Below are positions 9,737 through 19,504 of a DNA stretch of 64,000 nucleotides, piece after piece. A program made the position numbers and the translations under genes. Origin of the DNA: an uncultured Desulfosarcina sp. (GTDB lineage Bacteria > Desulfobacterota > Desulfobacteria > Desulfobacterales > Desulfosarcinaceae); contig CAXXWQ010000002.1 in assembly GCA_963674945.2 (NCBI GenBank), positions 544,001 to 608,000 on the forward strand. The letters run 5' to 3'. The number at the start of each line of letters is the position of its first letter. The first letter of the stretch is position 1. The notes below the pieces were generated by a model. That model worked only from the letters and a program-made list of their open reading frames with translations. It did no database searches and was not told where the DNA came from.

Positions 9737-11167
9737 CTAAAAACGAAAATATAAAAAAGGATGAAAGGATTCGTTGCTGAGTGTGCCGATCGACAGAATG
9801 AAAAGAGAAAAACCGGCTAGTATTTTCAACTTGAAGCGAAGATTTACGGGAATATTGTTGAGAATTTTCACATAGCCATCTGAGAAAAACCGCGAGGTCG
9901 GGAAGAAGGTGAGAAGGCAAATACACAGGATGAACACGGAGCGATTTGTCATCACGTCTACCCACATCTTGCCGGAGTCAATCAAAGGGGCATTGCCGAA
10001 AAGATATCCATAGTATTGCCATGCATCCTGAATCGATTCGCAGCGAAAGAGCACCCAGCCCATCATGACGATAAAAAAGGTCACCGCTACCCGAATCCCG
10101 CTAGGTATTTTTCTGATCTCTCTTGTGTTCAGGATGAACTTGTCGATGGTTAAAAAAAGACCGTGAAATGCACCCCAGGCGATAAAGGTATAGTTGGCGC
10201 CATGCCACAATCCGGAAACCAGAAAAACAATCCATAGATTGATGTAGCCACGAAGCGGGCCGACCCGATTCCCACCAAGGGGAATATACAGATAGGTCTT
10301 CATCCAGCGGGACAGGGATATGTGCCAGCGCTGCCAAAATTCTGTAATACTTTTAGATACATAGGGCCAGTTGAAATTTTCGAGCAGATGAAACCCCATG
10401 CTCCTGGCCAAACCGATGGCCATGTCGGAGTACGCGGAGAAATCGAAATAGATTTGAAACGTATAGCACAAGATTCCCGTCCATGCGTATAACACCGTCA
10501 TGGATCCGGCATCCAGGGCGAATATCGTGTCCGCTACTTCTCCCAGGCAATCTGCGATCAATATCTTCTTGGATAGACCGATGCAGAATCGAAAAAATCC
10601 CATGTAGACGTCCCGAAGGCAATGTTTACGTTCTGCAATCTCCTGATGGATGTCATGGTATCGAACGATGGGCCCGGCGATCAGTTGTGGGAATAAAAAA
10701 ACGAATACCAGGAAATTCAACATCGTTTTCGGAGGCGAGGCATGCCCTCGATAGACATCTACCATGTAACTGATCTTTTGAAAGGTGATGAAGGAAATTC
10801 CAAGGGGCAGGGCGATCTGGGTCCACGGAATTGGATCCATTGCAAAATGATTGAGAACTTGATTCATCTCTCCGACGAAAAAATTGGCATACTTTGCATA
10901 GGCCAGAACCATAATATTGGAGATGATGGAGAGACACAGGATTTTTTTTCCGGTTTCTTTCCGAACGTTTTTCATCTTCAGGCCAAGGAAATCGTCAAAA
11001 GCCGATGACAACAATACAATGAAGATGAAATTGGGTGCGCCCCATGCATAAAACAGAATGCTTGCCAAAAGAATCTGAAAGTTCTTTACGCGATCCGGAA
11101 CCAGAAAATAGGTCGCGAAGAAGAAGGGCAGAAAACCGAAGAGGAATATTTCGGAACTAAATACCAT
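9737..11167 (-). CDS. MBOAT family O-acyltransferase (AlgI/DltB-like)
   Basis: LPLGISFITFQ, FPQLIAGPIVRY, QIYFDFSAYSDMAIG, FWQRWHISLS, SGLWHGA and FLYFRF motifs. Confidence 0.95.
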   Translation of the reverse strand: MVFSSEIFLFGFLPFFFATYFLVPDRVKNFQILLASILFYAWGAPNFIFIVLLSSAFDDFLGLKMKNVRKETGKKILCLSIISNIMVLAYAKYANFFVGEMNQVLNHFAMDPIPWTQIALPLGISFITFQKISYMVDVYRGHASPPKTMLNFLVFVFLFPQLIAGPIVRYHDIHQEIAERKHCLRDVYMGFFRFCIGLSKKILIADCLGEVADTIFALDAGSMTVLYAWTGILCYTFQIYFDFSAYSDMAIGLARSMGFHLLENFNWPYVSKSITEFWQRWHISLSRWMKTYLYIPLGGNRVGPLRGYINLWIVFLVSGLWHGANYTFIAWGAFHGLFLTIDKFILNTREIRKIPSGIRVAVTFFIVMMGWVLFRCESIQDAWQYYGYLFGNAPLIDSGKMWVDVMTNRSVFILCICLLTFFPTSRFFSDGYVKILNNIPVNLRFKLKILAGFSLFILSIGTLSNESFHPFLYFRF

Positions 11168-11469
11168 TGGCCATATCTATTTGAATTTATATAGATATTG
11201 ATCTTTCGCTACTTGTTTTCAAACCGAATTAAGCTCATGATATCAATTGAATTTAGAGGTGATTCATACAATGAACGGAACCGTTCGTCAATACGATGAC
11301 ATCGCTCGTCAATGGCTTGTTTTTCTTGACAAGCGCAGTCTCTGCTCCTATAGGCGGTTACTGGACATAGTGATTGTTTTCCGAAATCCAGTTTTTTTAG
11401 GCGTTCATCATAGTCAGACGGACAACAGTCAAACGCTAAAAAAAAGAACATAACGGTTGGAGTTACCCC

Positions 11470-11958
11470 ATGAAAGATTGCCCCTGTGGAAGCAAAAAAG
11501 AGTATGCGGTCTGTTGTGAACCGCTGATTGCCGGTGAGAAGACCGCCGATACCGCCGAAGCGCTCATGCGCTCTCGATACAGCGCCCATGCAAAAAAGAT
11601 GTTCGATTATATTTATGATACCACGCACCCCGATACCCGCAAGGAGAGTGATCGGTCGGAGACGGCATCATGGTCCCGGAAATTGGACTGGCAGCAGCTT
11701 GAAATTCGAGACGTGAAAGGCGGAGGACCCGAAGATACCACCGGCCATGTGGAGTTCGTGGCCCGTTACCGGAAAAACGGCAGGGCCTTCGACCACCATG
11801 AGATCGCCGAGTTCGAACGTCAGGACGGCCGCTGGTACTTCAAGGATGGCAAGGCGCCCAAACACGTTCAGGTGGTGCGCCAGGGGCCGAAGATCGGAAG
11901 AAACGATCCGTGTACCTGCGGAAGCGGAAAGAAATACAAGAAGTGCTGCGGGGCTTGA
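11470..11958 (+). CDS. ychJ: YchJ family protein with SEC-C motifs
   Basis: CPCGS...[46 protein letters not shown]. Confidence 0.9.
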   Translation: MKDCPCGSKKEYAVCCEPLIAGEKTADTAEALMRSRYSAHAKKMFDYIYDTTHPDTRKESDRSETASWSRKLDWQQLEIRDVKGGGPEDTTGHVEFVARYRKNGRAFDHHEIAEFERQDGRWYFKDGKAPKHVQVVRQGPKIGRNDPCTCGSGKKYKKCCGA

Positions 11959-12340
11959 CCCTTTTCAAAAACACTCGTTGGTTAATACTTTGCTTTCGCA
12001 CATCGGTTGCCGCGAGCAGAATATTCGATGACGCCTTGCGAACTCGCCCTTACGGATGCCGGACATCAGCGCAGTCTAAAACGCTTTCGGGTAAAATGTA
12101 ATTATTACGCCGATACACGTTATCGGGTGCTGATGATCGGCCTCCTCAGTGGCTTAAGACAGCGAAAAACGTCATACATCATCCTGTTCGCGCCATTTGG
12201 GTTGAATTCCGGACGTTGCGTCAAAAGATTTTTTATAAGAAGCTGTTCCCATCGTAACCATCGGCAAATTATTTGATGAATGCGTTTTTTTCGTAATTCT
12301 GTTTGGCTATATTTGATAAAGAAAAGCTTTTTAGGAGGAA

Positions 12341-12868
12341 ATGATGTTCATCGATCTGCTACGAAACAGGCGAAGCGTGCGACAATTCGAAAAACGCCCC
12401 GTCGAACCGGAGAAGGTGGACCTTATCGTGGAAGCGGTGCTGCGTTCTCCATCCTCCCGCGGATTCAATCCGTGGGAGTTTATCGTGGTGACGGAACCGG
12501 ACATCATCGGCCGACTGGCAAAGGCAAAACCCCATGGCGCGGCTTTTCTGGCTGGTGCACCGCTGGCCGTAGCGGTTTGTCCGCAACCCGAAAAGTCGGA
12601 CGTGTGGGTGGAAGACGTCTCCATTGCCACCCTTATCCTGCATCTGGTCGCCGCAGACGTGGGGTTGGGAAGTTGCTGGATCCAGCTTAGAAAGCGCGAC
12701 CACGATGGGACGCAAACCGCCGGCGAGTATGCGGCCCGGGTCCTTGCCATGCCCGAAGGGCGGTCAGTCTCCGCCATCGTGGCCATGGGATATGCGGTCA
12801 AACAGCCGGCGCCTCATCCAAAGAGCTCTCTTTCCTTTGAGAAAGTCAGCTACAATCAGTATGGATGA
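12341..12868 (+). CDS. Nitroreductase family protein
   Basis: RRSVRQF, SPSS...PWEFIVV and GLGSCWI motifs. Confidence 0.92.
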   Translation: MMFIDLLRNRRSVRQFEKRPVEPEKVDLIVEAVLRSPSSRGFNPWEFIVVTEPDIIGRLAKAKPHGAAFLAGAPLAVAVCPQPEKSDVWVEDVSIATLILHLVAADVGLGSCWIQLRKRDHDGTQTAGEYAARVLAMPEGRSVSAIVAMGYAVKQPAPHPKSSLSFEKVSYNQYG

Positions 12869-12871
12869 ACA

Positions 12872-13978
12872 CTAACGGCTTTTCCGGTCCAAATATTCCA
12901 ACAAGTCGGCCATCGCCTCGGTGGGCTCTTTTTGGGATAGGGCACGACGGATGTCGATGGCCTGGGCAAGTTCTTCGTCGTCCATCAGCAGTTCCTCTTT
13001 TCGGGTACCACTCTGTCGGATATCGATGGCGGGAAAGACGCGGTGTTCAGCACAATCGCGGCTTAAGACCAGGTCCATGTTTCCCGTTCCCTTGAATTCC
13101 TGGTAGATGATGTCATCCATCCGGCTGCCGGTTTCCACGAGAATGGTGGCGATAATGGTAAGCGAGCCCCCATTTTCGATGTTTCGGGCGGCACCGAAGA
13201 TTTTTCGGGGGAATTCCATGGCATTGGCCCCCAGTCCTCCGGAAAGGGTTCGGCCGTAGCTTTCCGTTTCGACATTAAAGGCCCGTGCCATTCGGGTAAG
13301 GGAGTCGATGAAGACCACCGTATCCCGTCCGGACTCGGCGCGTCGCATCGCGGTATGAACGGCAAGGCGCGTCATGCGCATGTGGTGGCTGATGGCCTGG
13401 TCTGCGGAAGAGTAGAGCACATGGGCCTTTTTCAGTCCCCGTTTGAAATCGGTCACCTCTTCCGGCCGCTCGCTGACCAGTAAGACGAATACTTCCATCT
13501 CGGGGTCGTTGATGATCACGGAGTTGGCCATGTGACGCAAGAGCGTGGTCTTCCCCGATTTGGGCGGCGAGATGATCAGCCCCCGCTGCCCGCGTCCCAT
13601 GGGAACGATCAGATCCAAAGCCCGGCCGGTGAGATCATCGTGGCCCTGGGTCATGCGAAGACGTCTTTCGGGGTTGATGCTGGTCATCGTATGCATCGTT
13701 TCGGTCTGGGCATACTCCCGCAAGGAAAGGTGGTTGACCCGGTCCAATGCCGCCAGCTTCAGATTTTGGTTGCCAGGGTTGCCCGGCCCCCCCCGCCCTT
13801 CGATGAAAGATCCTTCCCGCAGGCCGAATTTCGTGATCATGAATGCCGGGACGAAAGTGTCCAACGGTCCGGCCTGGTAGTTGTTTTCAATGTCTCTAAG
13901 AAAGCCGAAACCCTTGTCCAGTATTTCAAGGTGTCCGCTTACCCGTTTGGTCGGTTGCGTTTTGGTGTTTTTTTCCAT
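12872..13978 (-). CDS. rho: Transcription termination factor Rho, short form lacking the N-terminal helical domain
   Basis: GFGFLR (RNP-like), [16 protein letters not shown] (Walker A), ERPEEV, DSLTR, EFKGTGN and SGTRKEELL. Confidence 0.9.
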   Translation of the reverse strand: MEKNTKTQPTKRVSGHLEILDKGFGFLRDIENNYQAGPLDTFVPAFMITKFGLREGSFIEGRGGPGNPGNQNLKLAALDRVNHLSLREYAQTETMHTMTSINPERRLRMTQGHDDLTGRALDLIVPMGRGQRGLIISPPKSGKTTLLRHMANSVIINDPEMEVFVLLVSERPEEVTDFKRGLKKAHVLYSSADQAISHHMRMTRLAVHTAMRRAESGRDTVVFIDSLTRMARAFNVETESYGRTLSGGLGANAMEFPRKIFGAARNIENGGSLTIIATILVETGSRMDDIIYQEFKGTGNMDLVLSRDCAEHRVFPAIDIRQSGTRKEELLMDDEELAQAIDIRRALSQKEPTEAMADLLEYLDRKSR

Positions 13979-14348
13979 TTTCTATTTGCTGGCAAATCGG
14001 GAGGGTGGTATCCATAATCCATCAGTACGACGGCACGAAAGTTACGATAGGGTCGTTCCCGTCACTTTTATCTCAGACGTTTACGCTGATGTACTTAAAA
14101 AGTAGCGCCTGGTACAAAATTGAGACAAAATGGTTTTTTTGGATGGGCGATGGCTATGGACAATCAATGTCAAGAAGATGTACCTGAACCGTTTTTCCCG
14201 GTCTTTGTTTCGTATATGCCTGATTTCTTTCGTTTGATGAATTATTATGTTTTATGCGACATCGGCCGCAAGCAAGTACAATCCAAACCCCACAAAACCT
14301 ATAATAAAACACAGACGATCTTCTGACAACCTTTACGAGGAAAAAACC

Positions 14349-14894
14349 ATGGGCGATATAAATCGATTCGATCCTTTTTCCAGCCGCCTTTGCCGAAACG
14401 TACGCAATGCCCTTTCCGAAGGTTTCAAGGAGGCGCTGGTCAAAAAAGACCTTTCACCCGTAAATCGCGTTGCCGCACTTTTTTTAGAAGACGCCCCGCC
14501 GTTTTGCGTGAATGCCTATATCGACGATCGTGTAAGGGCGTACGAAAACGTATTGTCCCTTACGCCATCTTCTTCCAATCCGCTGGTTCTTGCCCTGATT
14601 ATTTGGGATCATGGTCTTTTTTTCGAGACCCATGAGTATTTGGAGCAGTACTGGATGAGGGCGGATGGCGACGAAAAAAAGCTATTACAGGCATTGATCC
14701 GTGCAGCCGGTGCCTACGTTCACCTAACTGCGGGCAACCTTACCGCCGCCCGGAAAATTGCAGACAAGGCAATTTTCGGACTGAAGATGCACACGTCGCT
14801 GCTCGCTTCCGTTACGGATCCGGATCTGTTGATAGACAAACTCATAGATCTTGATCCCGTTGCGCCGGTACTCTCAAAGACCCACTCCGGATAA
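14349..14894 (+). CDS. DUF309 domain protein
   Basis: WDHGLFFETHEYLEQYW...LQALIRAAGAYVH motif; SD GAGG. Confidence 0.8.
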   Translation: MGDINRFDPFSSRLCRNVRNALSEGFKEALVKKDLSPVNRVAALFLEDAPPFCVNAYIDDRVRAYENVLSLTPSSSNPLVLALIIWDHGLFFETHEYLEQYWMRADGDEKKLLQALIRAAGAYVHLTAGNLTAARKIADKAIFGLKMHTSLLASVTDPDLLIDKLIDLDPVAPVLSKTHSG

Positions 14895-14898
14895 GATC

Positions 14899-15366
14899 TT
14901 ATCTTCTCGCCTTTCCGACCAGCTCTTCGATGGCGATTTTTACCACTGCGGTCTTTTCCATCAGTTTGCCGATGTAGGCCTCTCCCGCAGCCATATGATC
15001 CGGCGCATACTTGGCGATGAGTGCGCAAAGGGCATTTTTCTTCAACACCTGATCTTCGATGACCTCCGCTGCTCCGGTTACCACCACGCTTTCATACCGC
15101 GTGGAAAACTTGTCGGGAATCAGCTCCGTCTTTCCCACGACGCAGAAGGAGACATCCTGGTTGGCGGCGATATTTTTCAATTTGTGGCCTTCGGTGGCAC
15201 AGTGAAAAAAAATCGTTTCATCCATCACCACGTAGTTTAAGGGAATGCCGTATGGCCGATTTTTTTCGTCCGACGTCGACAAGATACCGTACTCCCCTCT
15301 TTTTAAAAGCGCCATGGCGGCGGTTTCATCGAGTTTCCTGTCGTCGCGTCTCAATTGTTTTGTCAT
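14899..15366 (-). CDS. Pyridoxamine 5'-phosphate oxidase-like flavin-binding protein (NimA-like)
   Basis: LRRDDR, PYGIPLNY, FHCATEGHKL and YESVVVTG motifs. Confidence 0.88.
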   Translation of the reverse strand: MTKQLRRDDRKLDETAAMALLKRGEYGILSTSDEKNRPYGIPLNYVVMDETIFFHCATEGHKLKNIAANQDVSFCVVGKTELIPDKFSTRYESVVVTGAAEVIEDQVLKKNALCALIAKYAPDHMAAGEAYIGKLMEKTAVVKIAIEELVGKARR

Positions 15367-15534
15367 GGGGCCTCCCTCTGGAGTACTTTGCGGCCTTTGT
15401 TATCTTTGGTTTTCCCAAGTACCCCCATACCCGGTTTTTTCTACCATTGCAATGGACGGCGGCTTTTATCGTTGGGGCCAATGGCCCCTCCTTGTGTCTT
15501 GTCAATGAAACGGTATTTGATTATGCTTTCAGCC

Positions 15535-15879
15535 ATGATTGAATCCACCACATTCGGAGCCATGACCATCGACGGCAAATCCTATTCCACCGATCTGATC
15601 ATCTTTCCCGATGGACATGTGAAAGATGGATGGTGGCGAAAAAGTGGTCATCTGTTGCTACCGGATGACATTCTTCCCCTCGTCGGTACCGAACCGGACC
15701 TGATCGTGATCGGAACGGGCATCCATGGACGCATGCGACTGGATGCCCGTCTCACGCCATTTCTTAAACAACGGGGGATTCGCCTGGTTTCCGCACCAAA
15801 TTCCGAAGCCGTCGCTGCTTACAATGAGGAGCAAGGAAAAGGGATTCGACTCGGAGCTGGTTTTCATCTTACTTGCTAA
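15535..15879 (+). CDS. Mth938-like (DUF498) protein
   Basis: FGAMTIDGKSY..DLIIFPDG, IVIGTG and C-terminal FHLTC. Confidence 0.88.
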   Translation: MIESTTFGAMTIDGKSYSTDLIIFPDGHVKDGWWRKSGHLLLPDDILPLVGTEPDLIVIGTGIHGRMRLDARLTPFLKQRGIRLVSAPNSEAVAAYNEEQGKGIRLGAGFHLTC

Positions 15880-16135
15880 GCGTCATAACAGGAGACGATT
15901 TCGTTTGACAGGTGTTTGTGGCCATCTTAGCATGAAAAATGAAGTGCCAATCATGGTTTTCCCCAAGTGCCGCAATTCATTCGGCTGATTGCCGATGCGC
16001 ATGCGAAGCCGCGCCACCGGCCGCGCTCCAATCGTTATTGATGCAACGCCCACTGTCCCAATCGACCAACCTGCCTTTCCCACATATTGAATCGCGGCTG
16101 CTCGATAACCCTTTTTATTTTGAAAGGAGGGTCTC

Positions 16136-16711
16136 ATGGCATCTGAAAACAGGATTACCATCGACATTTTCAAGGCCGTTACCCAGTCCATCGCCCACAG
16201 CGAGGACCTGGACGTGATGGCCAACCACCTGGCCCAGCTGTTGACCACCGGGTTGGACATCAAAGGTTGCGCCATTTTCGTACTCAACGCCATCACCGAG
16301 GAATTGGAAATATTGGCCAGCTTCGGTCTTTCCGCCAAGTACCTAACCAAGGGGCCGCTGCACGCTCCGAAAAGCATTAATGAAACCTTTCAGGGAAATC
16401 CGGTGGTGATTTCGGACATCAGCAAGAAAAATGCGAGTCTGCAGTATCCGGAGGAGGCGCGCAAGGAAGGAATCGCCGCAATCGTATCACTTCCCATCAT
16501 CCATCTCGAAGAGGTGGTCGGCGTTCTCCGGCTCTATCATTACGAGCCATGGAAGGTCCCGGATCAGGATTTGGATTCCCTCCAGATTCTGTCAGGGATC
16601 ATCGGCCTTGCCATGACCTATACCAGATTCCACAATACCGTGCATGCCATCGCCGAGGTGCTGGGACACACCTTCCAGGTGAAGCTGACGCCCAAGTTGG
16701 GAACGAGATAG
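16136..16711 (+). CDS. Stand-alone GAF domain protein
   Basis: ASFGLSAKYLTKGP, QYPEEARKEGI..IVSLPI and VGVLRLY; SD AGGAGG. Confidence 0.88.
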   Translation: MASENRITIDIFKAVTQSIAHSEDLDVMANHLAQLLTTGLDIKGCAIFVLNAITEELEILASFGLSAKYLTKGPLHAPKSINETFQGNPVVISDISKKNASLQYPEEARKEGIAAIVSLPIIHLEEVVGVLRLYHYEPWKVPDQDLDSLQILSGIIGLAMTYTRFHNTVHAIAEVLGHTFQVKLTPKLGTR

Positions 16712-16714
16712 TTC

Positions 16715-16855
16715 GTGGTCATCCAGAAATGGCCAATTTGCTCGATATCGGCGTTGCGCGAAAAATTTTATCCTCGGAATATCAACGATATACCTGTGGT
16801 AAAATTTTTCGTGCGCCTTGATCTCGACCAAATTTTCCTATTTCTGGACGACCAC
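16715..16855. repeat. Rod-like hairpin repeat (family R), MITE-like
   Basis: Terminal IR GTGGTCATCCAGAAAT/ATTTCTGGACGACCAC (15/16); internal perfect stem CGAAAAATTTTA/TAAAATTTTTCG. Confidence 0.85.
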
Positions 16856-17004
16856 TAGTAAGGCACAGATGCGGCCACCCTACCCGCCTTGCCGGCGGTC
16901 GTTGACTTTTTTCTATCCTTCGGGCAAAAGACTGCCATAGACGAAGCATATGGTTCAATTTAGGAAAACAGCGATGGTATCGAAATACCTTCGGAAAGGT
17001 GCAC

Positions 17005-17997
17005 ATGGTTGAATCCAGGACGGTTCGTGCCCTTGGACTTTGTTCCGGTGGATTGGACAGCATATTGAGCGCCCTGATTCTCAAAAATCAGGGAATCGAG
17101 GTGAGCTGGGTCACATTCGAGACGCCTTTCTTCTCGTCGGCCAAGGCCCGAAAGGCATCGGCGCAGATCGGTGTGCCGCTGACCGTACGAAACATCACTG
17201 AAACATATCTGAAGATGATGCGTGCTCCCGGGGTAACGTTCGGTAAGAACATGAATCCGTGCATGGAGTGCCATACGTTGATGTTCCGTTTGGCCGGCGA
17301 GATGATGACCGCCAAAGGGTACGATTTTTTATTTTCCGGTGAAGTATTGGGGCAGCGCCCCATGAGTCAGAACAAATCCTCCCTTCGGTACGTGGAAAAA
17401 CACTCGGGCCATGATGGGTACATCGTCCGGCCCCTGTCCGCCAGGAATCTTCCCGAGACCACAGTCGAACGCCAAGGACTGGTGGACCGAAATCGCCTGT
17501 TGGATATTTCGGGTCGATCCCGAAAAGTACAGATGGACCTGGCCAGGGGATTTGGTGTGACCGATTACCCTGCACCTGCCGGCGGTTGTCTCCTGACGGA
17601 CAAAAATTTCAGCCGTCGCCTCAAAGACCTGTTTGACCACCAGAAAACCTGTTCCGAAAAGGACCTTGAATTGCTGAAGTCCGGCCGTCATCTGCGTTTG
17701 GACGCGTCGACCAAACTCGTGGTGGGGCGAACACACAACGATAACGAGCAGATCGGCAGGTGGTTCGATCCCGAATCGGATTTGGTTTTCAAGGTGGATC
17801 AACATCCCGGTCCACTGGTTGTGATGCCCAATGGTGGCGGCGAGCCCATGGTCATGCTGGCGGCCAGCATTTGTGCCGGGTACTCCAAGGCACCCGATAA
17901 CATGCCGGTCATGGTCAACGTACACGCTGGCGGTTTCCGGCGGCAGGTCACCGTGCTGGGCATTCCGCCCAAAGAGTGTAAAAAGTTTATGATTTAG
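17005..17997 (+). CDS. PP-loop tRNA sulfurtransferase-like protein (ThiI/MnmA-related, DUF814-type C-terminus)
   Basis: SGGLDS PP-loop, NPCMECH, GEVLGQRPMSQ and PAGGCLLT motifs. Confidence 0.8.
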   Translation: MVESRTVRALGLCSGGLDSILSALILKNQGIEVSWVTFETPFFSSAKARKASAQIGVPLTVRNITETYLKMMRAPGVTFGKNMNPCMECHTLMFRLAGEMMTAKGYDFLFSGEVLGQRPMSQNKSSLRYVEKHSGHDGYIVRPLSARNLPETTVERQGLVDRNRLLDISGRSRKVQMDLARGFGVTDYPAPAGGCLLTDKNFSRRLKDLFDHQKTCSEKDLELLKSGRHLRLDASTKLVVGRTHNDNEQIGRWFDPESDLVFKVDQHPGPLVVMPNGGGEPMVMLAASICAGYSKAPDNMPVMVNVHAGGFRRQVTVLGIPPKECKKFMI

Positions 17998-18073
17998 AGG
18001 CTTCTTTACTATAGAAGTTCTATCACTCTTGGCCAATTCAGAAGATAAATGGTTTTGCCGTAGGATTGTTAAA

Positions 18074-18293
18074 AGAATCCAGGAGTCAGAATTCAGAATC
18101 CAGCGCCGCCGCTGACCTTTGGTCGGTTTGAACGATAATTGAAACTATGCCATTTTGGCGTAGTTTCATACGAGAATCAGGTATTCGCCTTCGGCTCGGT
18201 CCATTTTATCCAATCGACGGAGCGAAGCGATATCAACTTCATTCTGAATCCTGAATACTGGCTTCTGACTCCTGTGGTTTCCCGCGATCGCAG
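18074..18293. repeat. Heptamer-armed palindromic repeat (family H), copy 2, carrying the 71-bp insert
   Basis: Left arm AGAATCC AGGAGTC AGAATTC AGAATCC; core TTCGCCTTCGGCTC...GAGCGAAGCGA; right arm ATTCTGAATCCTGAATACTGGCTTCTGACTCCT. Confidence 0.9.
18104..18174. mobile_element. 71-bp site-specific mini-insertion in repeat H
   Basis: Removing it restores the sequence at 931-990 (30/30 left, 29/30 right). It has two internal hairpins, no terminal IR and an AG on both sides. Confidence 0.75.
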
Positions 18294-18341
18294 GCTTCCC
18301 TTCAAGGGTAAACCAATGCAAGGTTTCCTGAACCCGGATTT

Positions 18342-19391
18342 TTACTGCCGCTGTGCCCGCAACTGTCCGCAGGCCGCCGATATGTCCTGGCCCTTGCTGT
18401 GCCGAACGATCACCGTGTAGTGATGTTGGGCGAGAAATTCCTGGAACCGTTGGATTTGCTGCGGTGACGGACGCTTGAATTCGCAGCCCGGGTGCTCGTT
18501 GAAGGGGATGAGGTTGATCTTCGCCTTTACGGGCCGGAGTATTTTCGACAGGTTGTCCGCATGGGAAACGGCGTCGTTAACCCCCGCCATGAGGATGTAC
18601 TCGAAGGTGATCTTTCTTCGAGGGGGCAACGGATACCGCCGGCAGGCCGAAAGCAGGTCGACAAGGGGATATTTTCGATTGATGGGCATGAGGCGGGACC
18701 GGGTTTCGTCATCGGCGGCGTTTAGCGAGACGGCCAGATTCACCTTGGTCTGTTTGCCCAGATCTTCCATTTTGGGGACCAACCCGGCGGTGGATACGGT
18801 GATCCGTCGGCTGGAAATCTTAAGCCCCCAGTCGCCATTGGAGATGACATCGATGGCATGAACGACATTGTCATAATTGGCAAGTGGTTCACCCATGCCC
18901 ATGAAGACGATGTTGGTCAAGGGCATATCCGATTTTCCGTCCAGTCGGTTCTGGACGTCCCTTACCTGGGACACGATTTCGCCGGCAGATAAATTACGCG
19001 AAAAACCACCTTTTGCCGTCATGCAGAACTTGCATCCCTGGCGACAGCCCACCTGGCTCGATATACATAAGGTGTAGTGATCCTTTTCCGGAATGATCAC
19101 CGTTTCGATATGCTGTCCATCTTTGAGCCGAAACAGCAACTTGCGAGATCCGTCATTTGATACGCACTCTTCTTCCAGATACAAACGTGGATTCACGAAG
19201 GTCTCTGCAAGGGCCGTTCGAAGGGGTTTGGCCAGGTTGGTCATGTCGTCGAAACAATCGATCTGGTGCAAATGGATCCAGCGGAGGATCTGATCGCATC
19301 GAAATGGTTGTTGCCCTTGATTTTTCAACCAATCGATCAACTGCGTCCGGGTAAGATCCTTGATGTCGATTTTGCTTGCTATTGGCGTCAT
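18342..19391 (-). CDS. rlmN: 23S rRNA m2A2503 / tRNA methyltransferase RlmN
   Basis: CISSQVGCRQGCKFC, FMGMGEP, INLIPFN and DISAACGQL motifs. Confidence 0.97.
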   Translation of the reverse strand: MTPIASKIDIKDLTRTQLIDWLKNQGQQPFRCDQILRWIHLHQIDCFDDMTNLAKPLRTALAETFVNPRLYLEEECVSNDGSRKLLFRLKDGQHIETVIIPEKDHYTLCISSQVGCRQGCKFCMTAKGGFSRNLSAGEIVSQVRDVQNRLDGKSDMPLTNIVFMGMGEPLANYDNVVHAIDVISNGDWGLKISSRRITVSTAGLVPKMEDLGKQTKVNLAVSLNAADDETRSRLMPINRKYPLVDLLSACRRYPLPPRRKITFEYILMAGVNDAVSHADNLSKILRPVKAKINLIPFNEHPGCEFKRPSPQQIQRFQEFLAQHHYTVIVRHSKGQDISAACGQLRAQRQ

Positions 19392-19443
19392 GATATGGGA
19401 TCCACGGTCCGAAATCGGTTGCGCTGCCTGCCCTTTTTCATGC

Positions 19444-19472
19444 TTGACATACCATTAAAAAAAATCTACTTT
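19444..19472 (+). promoter_or_regulatory. Putative sigma70 promoter of the ffh operon
   Basis: TTGACA-N17-TACTTT. Confidence 0.6.
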
Positions 19473-19504
19473 CAAGGTTTTAGTTTATACTGCGGTGGAA
19501 AGTC

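Noticed and set aside
11247..11453. 68-aa ORF with a GAGGTG SD-like site upstream of ychJ
   Set aside because: It spans a likely promoter region, has no homology cues, and cannot be supported from sequence alone.
11959..12300. Possible degenerate repeat between ychJ and the nitroreductase gene
   Set aside because: Only fragmentary REP-like words, with no convincing terminal repeats and no second copy in the window.
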